Notes under the pieces: model-generated | The model's database searches: none | The model's input: the letters and a program-made list of their open reading frames with translations, nothing else | What the model was told of the DNA's origin: nothing | Assembly: GCA_963788655.1 (NCBI GenBank) | Contig: CAWBHS010000078.1 | Coordinates: forward strand, 32,001-96,000 | DNA: 64,000 nt | Direction: 5' to 3' | Source: an uncultured Verrucomicrobiae bacterium | GTDB lineage: Bacteria; Verrucomicrobiota; Verrucomicrobiia; Limisphaerales; JAFGQR01 | Made by a program: the position numbers and the translations under genes | In this document: positions 42,496 through 50,482 of the stretch, in pieces | Numbering within the stretch: position 1 is the first letter of the stretch | Layout of the letters: the number at the start of each line of letters is the position of its first letter

Positions 42496-44028
42496 ATGAA
42501 AACGAATTACCAACTTCGAAACCAAACGCTCGCCGTTGATCCATTACCCGATGATGCTTTTGACATGGGGAGCACGCCCGCCTCGGGCGCTGCCAACCGG
42601 CGCCCTCGCCGGTTGGCTCAGGAACGTCCAGGCCCGCCATACGGTGAAGGTTTTTATCATACCAAAGACTGGTTGGCGAGGCGCCAACCAGTGCGCCCGG
42701 GGCGGGCGCGCTCCCCAGTTGCACCGGGGCAAATTGAACTTTTTACCACTTCCCGGCGCGCCTTTCTCAAGCGGTCCTTGTTGGCTGCGGGGGCAACGCT
42801 CGCGGTGCCGGCTTTGGTGCCGTCATCCGTTCTCAGCGCAAACGCACCCAGCAACCGGGTGAACCTCGGCCACATTGGCGTGGGCGGGCAGGGGAGTGCC
42901 TTGCTGGGCGGCTTTCTCGGCTTGCCGCAGGGACAAAGTATCGCCATCTGTGATCCGATCAAAGACCGCCGCGAAGGAGCGGCCCGGCGGGTCGAGCAGG
43001 CTTACGCCAAGCAGCGTGACCGCGGCGATTTTTCAGGCTGCCAAACGTACAATGATTTTCGTGACCTGCTGGCGCGCGACGACATCGACGCGGTGGTGGT
43101 GGCCACGCCGGATCATTGGCACGTGCCGATTGCGTTGGCGGCGGTGCGCGCCGGCAAGGATGTTTATGTCGAAAAACCGCTTGGCCTCACCATGGAACAG
43201 GACCAGGCGTTGCGGGAAGCGGTTCACCGTTACGGTGCGATTTTCCAATACGGCACCCAGCAACGCTCGTTCAGCCGGCATTGCGGGTTTGCCTGTGAGT
43301 TGGTTCGCAACGGATACCTTGGCGATCTGAAGGCTATTCATGTCGTGGCCCCCAACGGCGTGACCGGCGGGAAAGCCGTTCCGCAACCCGTGCCCGCGGG
43401 ACTGGATTACGACCTTTGGCTGGGGCCCGCTCCGGTAACGCCTTACACCCATGACCGCGTGTTGGGCGTTGGCCGCTGGCACATTTACGATTACGCACTG
43501 GGCTTCATCGCGGGCTGGGGCGCGCACCCATTGGATATTGCGCATTGGGGCTATCCGCACATTCCTGTGGAATACGAAGGGACGGGGCTTATTCCCACAG
43601 AGGGATTGTTCGACACAATTGTGAATTGGGACGTGCGTGGCCGATACGCCAGTGGCATTGAGTTCACGCTGAAACACGGAGGCGACATGACCACCTTTGT
43701 CGGCACCGAAGGCTGGATCGCCGCTTCGCGCGGTGGCATCTCGGCGCAACCGGAGTCATTGCTGAAAGTGAAGATCAAGCCCGGCGAATTGCATCTCTTG
43801 CAGGACACGCACCATTACCACGATTTCCTGACCGGCGTGCTGACCCGCAAACCGCCCGTCAGCAACATCGATTCCGCCGTCCAATCCGACTTCATGAGTC
43901 ATCTCGGCGACATCTGCATTCGCACCGGGCGGACCATCCGCTGGGATCCGGAAAAGGAAACTATCATGGGCGATGACGCCGCCGCGCGCATGATGCGTCG
44001 TGCGATGCGGGCCCCATGGAGAATTTAA
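42496..44028 (+). CDS. Tat-exported Gfo/Idh/MocA oxidoreductase with a REP-derived N-terminal insert
   Basis: SRRAFLK twin-arginine motif, IGVGGQG, ATPDHWH, YVEKP, YDLWLGPAP. Confidence 0.88.
   Translation: MKTNYQLRNQTLAVDPLPDDAFDMGSTPASGAANRRPRRLAQERPGPPYGEGFYHTKDWLARRQPVRPGRARSPVAPGQIELFTTSRRAFLKRSLLAAGATLAVPALVPSSVLSANAPSNRVNLGHIGVGGQGSALLGGFLGLPQGQSIAICDPIKDRREGAARRVEQAYAKQRDRGDFSGCQTYNDFRDLLARDDIDAVVVATPDHWHVPIALAAVRAGKDVYVEKPLGLTMEQDQALREAVHRYGAIFQYGTQQRSFSRHCGFACELVRNGYLGDLKAIHVVAPNGVTGGKAVPQPVPAGLDYDLWLGPAPVTPYTHDRVLGVGRWHIYDYALGFIAGWGAHPLDIAHWGYPHIPVEYEGTGLIPTEGLFDTIVNWDVRGRYASGIEFTLKHGGDMTTFVGTEGWIAASRGGISAQPESLLKVKIKPGELHLLQDTHHYHDFLTGVLTRKPPVSNIDSAVQSDFMSHLGDICIRTGRTIRWDPEKETIMGDDAAARMMRRAMRAPWRI
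42566..42717. repeat. REPIN (family 5) inside a coding frame
   Basis: TGGGGAGCACGCCCGCCTCGGGCGC ... GCGCCCGGGGCGGGCGCGCTCCCCA inverted arms. Confidence 0.82.
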
Positions 44029-44101
44029 AGCGGACCTTTCTTTTTTCAGTACTTGCATTGCGGTCCTGGCTTGTGGCAATTTCCCCGCCGGTTTCGTTGA
44101 T

Positions 44102-44177
<76 letters not shown>

Positions 44178-44292
44178 GCTTTTCAACCCTCACTGCCTAA
44201 AGGACTCACGGGATTTTTTTCTGTTCCTTAATTGGTTGTTTTTAGCTCCCCAAGAATCTGTTTATCCCCTTTCGGTCTCTTCTTTCAGGTTT

Positions 44293-44560
44293 TCAACCGT
44301 GGTTACGCCCCTTTGGCTTTGGCTTCTTCGGCCTTGGCCGCGTCGCTGGCGTTTCCAACCTTGGCGGCGAGCTGATCCAAATCTCGATTGATTGCCCCCA
44401 ACTGGCCTTGCATGGTCGCGACGAGTTCAACCTTTTGCGCACAGGCACAGTGCTGCATTGCTTGCGCGGCCTCTTTGGCTTCCTGTGTGACCTCGTCGAA
44501 CTGCGGCACCGTGGCTTCTCCGGTTTTGGTCGCCGAAAATTGCGCCGCCGGTTTACCGCC
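44293..44560 (-). pseudogene. Degenerate coiled-coil (lipo)protein remnant
   Basis: EAKEAAQAM...QGQLGAINRDLDQLAAKV...AKAE helical sequence with no convincing start, ending prematurely. Confidence 0.4.
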
Positions 44561-44601
44561 CACCGCGAAGGCGGTGACGGCTCGGCCTGACTCCGTTCCA
44601 A

Positions 44602-44630
44602 CTGCCAGCAAGATGCCGGCAGCACGTTCC
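44602..44630. repeat. Single REP arm (family 6)
   Basis: CTGCCAGCAAGATGCCGGCAGCAC palindrome. Confidence 0.5.
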
Positions 44631-44963
44631 CCTGTCCTGCCGGGCAATTGGGTGGTCACTTCCTATAGCGCTCAGAAAAATGGAGTCGGGTCTGGTGAGA
44701 TAAGTGGAGCCACCGGCTGAGCGGCAGCGAGCCGAGTTCTTCTTTCCAAGGAGGCGATCGGGGCTTGGCTGCCCGGTTCCGGTGCTCCAACAAAAATCCC
44801 CGTCCCACCTTCTCGACACACCCGTGCCGATCCGGTAGGACGAGGACATTCATAATAGCGTTAGCATCCTAAGCGAGAGTTTCGCTTTTTTGCAATAACG
44901 ATCGCGGAGCATTTTGAGTTTACTCCAGACTGGTATCGCGGGGCGAAAATCCGGCGGCTGATC

Positions 44964-45485
44964 TTGGATTACTACCAAGTCCTGCGATCGATATTGCGAA
45001 GGCAGCCTCATCGGCGACGGTGCCTGACCCGCTGTCGGCACTGCCGCATCTTTTTTCTCACCGATCCGCGCAATACCGGGCGCAAGGATATGCCCCGAGG
45101 CAAGCGCAAGGACTTGGCCTGTCCCTTGGGTTGCCGTGAAGCCCACCGGAAGCACCAGTCCACATCACGCAGTGTTGCCTACTACCGGACAAAAGAAGGG
45201 CGAAGAAAGAAACGGGACCTGAACCAACGCCGCCCGGCGGCTTGCCGCCGCCCAGCGCCCGCGCCGCCGCCCAACGCCCCGAACGCACCGGCCCAGGCCG
45301 CCCGCGCACCGTGGCCGGAGCCGGTGGTGGAGCATGTCCGGAGGGTCGTCAGCTGGATCGAACACCGGCACATCCGCCGAGCGGAGATCCTGCAGGTGCT
45401 GGCGAAAGTTTTGAGACAACAGGGCATAGGCCGGCGACGCCGGATCGATCACACTGTGGCCTGGCTCAATGAACATCCGCCTTAA
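44964..45485 (+). CDS. Basic Cys-rich (putative Zn-finger) protein
   Basis: CRHC...CPLGC motif, Arg/Lys-rich; ends 11 nt before the ParB-like gene; start uncertain because the frame is open further upstream. Confidence 0.65.
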   Translation: MDYYQVLRSILRRQPHRRRCLTRCRHCRIFFLTDPRNTGRKDMPRGKRKDLACPLGCREAHRKHQSTSRSVAYYRTKEGRRKKRDLNQRRPAACRRPAPAPPPNAPNAPAQAARAPWPEPVVEHVRRVVSWIEHRHIRRAEILQVLAKVLRQQGIGRRRRIDHTVAWLNEHPP

Positions 45486-45496
45486 AGACATCCGGT

Positions 45497-46576
45497 ATGG
45501 CGCACGAGGTTGAACTGTCCGACTTGGACCTGCGGTACGAGGACTATCGCCTCAAACAGGCGGCGGTTGAAGCTCGGCTATTGACCTCGATTGCCCAACG
45601 CGGCATCGAGGAACCCCTGGAAGGCGTCGAGGTCGACCAAACCCAGGTTCTGCTCAATGGATTCAAGCGGTATCGCTGTGCCCGCAAGCTGCGCCTGAAC
45701 ACCGTGCCGTATACCTCCCTCGGCGCCGACGAGGTGAGCGGCATTCTGGGTTTGTTGCGCACGGCCAAGAACAAAAGCCTGAACATTCTGGAGCAAGCCC
45801 GCTTCATCGACGAACTCAAAAACGTGCGTCACCTGAGTGTGGCGGAGATCGCCACGGAACTCTCGGTCAGCAAAGCCTGGGTCAGTATGCGCCTGGGATT
45901 ACTGGGAGAGATGAGCCCCAAGGTACGTCAGCAGCTCTTCAGCGGTGCGTTTCCGGTTTATCCCTACATGTACCTTCTGCGTCAGTTCATGCGTATGAAC
46001 GGTGTCAAGAAGCAGGAGATCGAGCAGTTCGTCCTGGCCGTCAGCGGCAAAGATCTGAGCGTACGGGACATTACGCAATTAGCTCACGGCTGCTTTCGGG
46101 GACCCGCGTCCTTCCGCGAAGAGATTCTCAAGGGCAACGTGGCCCTGCCGTTGCGACAGATGAACCAGGTTCCTCTCGATCCGGAAGGATGCAACGAGTT
46201 CGAGCGGGTTTTGCTGAGCGACCTGGAAGTTCTCCAGAAGTACATGCAGCGCGTCATGGGCAAGAGCCAGGACCAACGCCTCCAGAGCCGGGTGTTCCAT
46301 TCCCAGTCGCATCTTTTAACCGGAGGGATTTTGAGCCGCGGCACGGCCTTCCTCCAAACCTTGAGACAACTCCATGATCGAAACGGACAAGCGCAAGGCG
46401 GTTTACCTACTCCACCAGGAAGGCATGAGCCAGCGGGAGATCGCCCGCCGGCTGGGCCTGGGCCGCAACACGGTGCGACGGATCATCCAGCAGCAGGGCC
46501 AGGTGGTGCACGCCATCCGCAAGGACAAGCAAACGATCGACCCGGATCTGCTCCGGCGCCTGCACCTGGAGTGTGA
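45497..46576 (+). CDS. ParB-like protein (ParB N-terminal domain plus HTH)
   Basis: SIAQRGIEEPL, LLNGFKRYRC (ParB box-like), SVAEIATELSVSKAWVSMRL HTH; 3' end overlaps istA. Confidence 0.75.
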   Translation: MAHEVELSDLDLRYEDYRLKQAAVEARLLTSIAQRGIEEPLEGVEVDQTQVLLNGFKRYRCARKLRLNTVPYTSLGADEVSGILGLLRTAKNKSLNILEQARFIDELKNVRHLSVAEIATELSVSKAWVSMRLGLLGEMSPKVRQQLFSGAFPVYPYMYLLRQFMRMNGVKKQEIEQFVLAVSGKDLSVRDITQLAHGCFRGPASFREEILKGNVALPLRQMNQVPLDPEGCNEFERVLLSDLEVLQKYMQRVMGKSQDQRLQSRVFHSQSHLLTGGILSRGTAFLQTLRQLHDRNGQAQGGLPTPPGRHEPAGDRPPAGPGPQHGATDHPAAGPGGARHPQGQANDRPGSAPAPAPGV

Positions 46577-47895
46577 GGGCCGCGTTCAACGCATGCACGA
46601 GAAGCTGGTGGAGGAGGAAGGGCTCGCCGTGAAGTATTCCACGCTGACCCGCCGGGTGCGGGAGTTGGGCTTGGGCGAACCGCCCCAGGTCCGTTGCCAT
46701 CGCGTGCCCGATGAACCGGGCTTGGAGATGCAGCATGACACCAGCGTTTATCGCGTCGAGCTGGGCGCGCAACGCGTCAAGCTCGTCGCCAGTCTGATCT
46801 ACCTGCGCTACTCCAAACGACGCTACTTGAAGTTCTACCGCCACTTCGACCGCTTCCACATGAAGTGCTTCTTGCATGAAGCCTTGATGTGGTGGGGCTA
46901 CGCGGCTCGCCAGTGCATCATCGACAACACCAACCTGGCGCGACTGCGAGGCACCGGCCGCAACGCGGTCATGGTCCCGGAGATGGCGGTCTTCGGTAAG
47001 CAGTACCGGCTTCGAGTTCTGCTGCCACGAGCTCGGGCACAGTAATCGAAAGGCGGGGGAAGAGCGCAGCTTTTGGACGGTGGAAACCAACTTCCTGCCT
47101 GGCCGCAGCTTTGCGAGCTTGGAGGACCTCAACCAGCAGGCCTTCGCCTGGTCGACCGAGCGCATGGAGCACCGCCCCCAAACCAAGGCGGCCATCATTC
47201 CCGCCAAAGCCTTCGAGCATGAACGCACCTTTCTGCTCCCGCTGGCGCCCCATTTGCCACCGCCCTACAAGGTCCTGCAACGGGGAACCGATGAATACGG
47301 CTACCTCAGCTTCGACGCCAATTACTATTGGGTGCCGGGCACCGATCGCGCTGACGTCACGGTGCTGCGCTACGCCGATCGGTTGAAAATCTACAAGCAA
47401 CGGGAATGTCTGGCCGAATATGGGTTGCCGCCCGACGGGGTCCGCAATGAGCGGTTTAGCCCGGAGGGACTGCCGCCGCCCCCCCACCATCCCAAGAACC
47501 GCCGCCAGCCCACCCAGGAGGAGGAAAAGCGCCTGCGGGCTATCGGAGCACCGGTCAGCGCCTACCTGGATTGGGTCCTCCCCCGCAAAGGTCCGGGGCG
47601 CCATCGTTTTTTAAGAAGCCTGCTGGCGTTGAGCCGGAAAATGTCTCCGGAGTTATTCCGGCAAAGCGTCGAGCGCGCGGCCCAATTCCGGATCGAGGAG
47701 ATCTCCACCCTCGAGCGCATCGCCTTCTTGTATCTGCAGCAAGGGACGGGCGTGCTGCCGGTGCCCCAAGTCGATGAGCAGTTCACGGAGCGCGAGGCCT
47801 ACTTGGAAGGCTCGCTGACCGAAGCCCCTGATTTATCCATTTATCAAGATCCTCCCCAAGACGATCCACCCCCACCACGCTCTGGACATGAATGA
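46374..47895 (+). CDS. istA: IS21 family transposase (frameshift near 47008)
   Basis: SQREIARRLGLGRNTVRR HTH; QHDT, IIDN, RKAGEERS as the DDE triad across two frames. Confidence 0.9.
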
Positions 47896-48655
47896 CGAAC
47901 TGACGCAACCACTAAAATATCTGCGCTTGAAAGGGCTGCTGGCCCACTGGGATGAGTATCTCCAGTTGGCGGCCCAAAAGAACTTCTCCCACGATCACCT
48001 CCTCCGGCACGTGGTGCAGGAAGAATACCGGACCAAGCGGGAGAACGCCCGCCAGTTCCGCCTCCGCAAGGCCGCCATCCCCGAACCGCTGGTCATCGAA
48101 ACCTACCCCTTCGCCCGGCAGCCCAAACTGAACAAGAAGAAACTGATGGCGCTGTATGACTCCCTGAACTTCATGCGGAACCACCAGAACATCCTCTGGC
48201 TGGGCCGCACCGGGTGCGGCAAGACCGGATTGGCCACCAGCTTTTTGATCCACGCCATCAATCACGGCTACAACGGACGCTTCGTCTCCTTCGCTGAACT
48301 CATCACCGAGCTGTTCCAATCGGTCGCCGACCACTCCGAACGCAAAGTCATGCGCAAATACCTGGCGTGGGATCCCTTGTTGGTCGACGAGATCGGCTAC
48401 ATTCCCATCGAACCCGTCCAAGCGGGGCTCTTTTTCGATCTGATGCAGCGGCGGCACAAGAAAAAGACCACTCTCATCACCTCCAATCTGGGCTTCAGCG
48501 ACTGGGGTTCCTTTCTCAAAAACGACCACCTCACCGCCGCGCTCATCGACCGCCTGACCGAAACCAGCCATGTCTTCAACATGAGGCAATGCAACGGCAT
48601 CCGTGACCGCCTCAGTTCGGACGATGAACTTCCCGCCGATCCGCCACAGGGCTGA
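47888..48655 (+). CDS. istB: IS21 helper ATPase
   Basis: GRTGCGKT Walker A, LLVDEIGY Walker B, LITSNL, AALIDRL; overlaps the istA stop. Confidence 0.93.
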   Translation: MNDELTQPLKYLRLKGLLAHWDEYLQLAAQKNFSHDHLLRHVVQEEYRTKRENARQFRLRKAAIPEPLVIETYPFARQPKLNKKKLMALYDSLNFMRNHQNILWLGRTGCGKTGLATSFLIHAINHGYNGRFVSFAELITELFQSVADHSERKVMRKYLAWDPLLVDEIGYIPIEPVQAGLFFDLMQRRHKKKTTLITSNLGFSDWGSFLKNDHLTAALIDRLTETSHVFNMRQCNGIRDRLSSDDELPADPPQG

Positions 48656-49493
48656 CCCACTGCGGGCCATCCCGTTGACCGCGGTGCTGCGGGCCTGGGG
48701 TGCTCAACCCGATGCCTCGGACCAGCGCAAGTGGCACACGCCTCAGGGTGTCCTTTCGGTCAATGGCGCCAAATTCATCAACTGGAGCCGCGGCGGGGGC
48801 GGCGGCGGCGCCATCGATCTGGTCATCCATTTGAACCGTTGCGGCTTCCGGCAAGCCCTGGACTGGCTGGCCGGCCATTTCCCCTCACCCCCAGCTCAGA
48901 CCGACCTGGGCTTGGCCCAACCCCAGTTCCAACTGCCCGTCCCGGATCCCGCCCAACTCGCCCGCGTCCGCCACTATTTGCTCCAGCAGCGCCGGCTGCT
49001 ACCCGACCTCATTGACCCGCTCATTCAAGCCGGTTCCCTTTACGCCGATCACCGAGCCAATGCCGTCTTCCTACTGCAGGGAGCTAACGACACTCCGGTC
49101 GGCGCCGAACTCCGGGGAACGACGGCCCAGTCCTGGCGGGGCATGGCTCCCGGATCCAAAAAGGATTGGGGCTTCTTCTCTATCCCTCGGGTCCCGTTTC
49201 CTCCCCAAGCCAATACGGGGCCAGGCGGCATCCTGCTGTGTGAATCGGCCATCGACGCCCTCAGCGGCCGCATCCTTCATCCGCAACTGGCGTGCGTCTC
49301 GACCGCGGGTGCTCGGCCCAATCCCCGCTGGCTTGGCCCGCTCCTGGCACAAAGTCGCACCGTCTATTGCGGCTTCGACACCGACACGACCGGTCAGACC
49401 ATGGCCCAGGCCATGATCGCCCTGCATCCGGCGGTCCAGCGCTTGGCGCCGTCGGACCACGATTGGAACGACGTTCTCGGTTTGCAGCCGTAG
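48624..49493 (+). CDS. DUF3991/TOPRIM primase-like protein
   Basis: GGGAIDLV, FRQALDWL, VGAELRG, LCESAIDALS, CGFDTDTTG (DxD), DWNDVL. Confidence 0.82.
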   Translation: MNFPPIRHRADPLRAIPLTAVLRAWGAQPDASDQRKWHTPQGVLSVNGAKFINWSRGGGGGGAIDLVIHLNRCGFRQALDWLAGHFPSPPAQTDLGLAQPQFQLPVPDPAQLARVRHYLLQQRRLLPDLIDPLIQAGSLYADHRANAVFLLQGANDTPVGAELRGTTAQSWRGMAPGSKKDWGFFSIPRVPFPPQANTGPGGILLCESAIDALSGRILHPQLACVSTAGARPNPRWLGPLLAQSRTVYCGFDTDTTGQTMAQAMIALHPAVQRLAPSDHDWNDVLGLQP

Positions 49494-49674
49494 CCCTCGC
49501 CGCTTCCGCTTCCTCCTTCGCTCCACTACTCGGAAACTGTTCTACTCGGAAAGCATGGCTCCTTGGAAAGAAGAACTCGGCTCGCTGCCGCTCAGCCGGT
49601 GGCTCCACTTATCTCACCAGACCCGGCTCCATTTTGCTAAGCGCCGTCGAACCCCGCCGGATGAGCATGATGCC

Positions 49675-49770
49675 GCCGAACAAGATCACTGGACCGAACG
49701 CGGGCCGGCCACGGCGGTTGGCAATTCGGATGTCACTGGCCGCCCGCGTCGGTCAGTTCTGACGTTCACC
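49675..49770 (+). other. Solitary attC site
   Basis: GCCGAAC...ACTGGACCGAACGCGGGC / GCCCGCGTCGGTCAGT...GTTCACC hairpin with unpaired extra bases. Confidence 0.72.
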
Positions 49771-49772
49771 AG

Positions 49773-50057
49773 TCAAGCGTTGGTGCGGGTGTCGGTGATG
49801 AGGCCGCAGATGACGGCGGCGACGGTAATCATGAGTTCGCAGTCGTTGTAGTGGTCGTCGCGGGCGATCTGTTTCCAGATGTATTTGAAGCGGCCACGGG
49901 GGGCGGTGACTTCTTCGCGGCGGACGGCGGAGAGTTGTTGGAGGTAGTCGCGGGTGACGGCCTGGGGGATGGTCCATTCGCCGACGAGGCCGGTGGTAAA
50001 GTTGGCCATCAGGTCGCGCGTGGCGGGGTTGGCCCAGTTGCACGAATCCCAGGGCAT
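49773..50057 (-). pseudogene. C-terminal fragment resembling a phage terminase large subunit (GpA-type nuclease end)
   Basis: WTIP...DYLQQLSAVRR...YIWKQIARDDHYNDCE resembles the GpA W..N(E/H)xxDC motif; N-terminus missing. Confidence 0.55.
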
Positions 50058-50198
50058 CGCCAGGGGGTTGGCGCGGCAGCGTCTTGGCGTGCGGTAGTCC
50101 TCTGCCGCTATCGAAAGACAGGGGCGCGTGCAAATGCGGCAGAGGACACAGCAGCTAAACGCAACTTTCTGAACCGGTGCTCCGCCGCCGCTGCTTGG

Positions 50199-50334
50199 TG
50201 TTGCACAGAATTATTGTCTGCTGTATCGCCGAGTGGCGCTCGGCAGGACATGCATGGTTACGGCAGTACTAGGAACTGCCAACGCCCGGCGGACGGCAAG
50301 GCCGCGATACAGCCGATTGAAAATCTGCGCTACA
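50199..50334. repeat. REPIN (family 7), left arm degenerate
   Basis: TGTTGCACAGAATT...CTGTATCGC versus GCGATACAGCCGATTGAAAATCTGCGCTACA. Confidence 0.65.
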
Positions 50335-50482
50335 CTTGGCGGCGGTCCCCATTGGCCCGTTCAACGGCGAAGATGCGTGTAAGGCACAGGGCGGGCCGGA
50401 CGCTCTCCAATCGCTGGCCTGACTGACAACCTACGGTGCCGGAACAGGCGCTGTTTGCCTACCGTCACCGTGGGAAGTTGCC

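Larger units (their letters stand above)
44668..49644 (+). mobile_element. IS21-family element with accessory Cys-rich, ParB-like and TOPRIM genes
   Basis: 86-bp terminal inverted repeats 44668-44753 / 49559-49644 (3 mismatches) enclosing five co-oriented ORFs including istA/istB. Confidence 0.85.

Noticed and set aside
44850..45155. Minus-strand 101-aa ORF inside the transposon
   Set aside because: It overlaps the Cys-rich plus-strand ORF, which fits the operon; no independent support.
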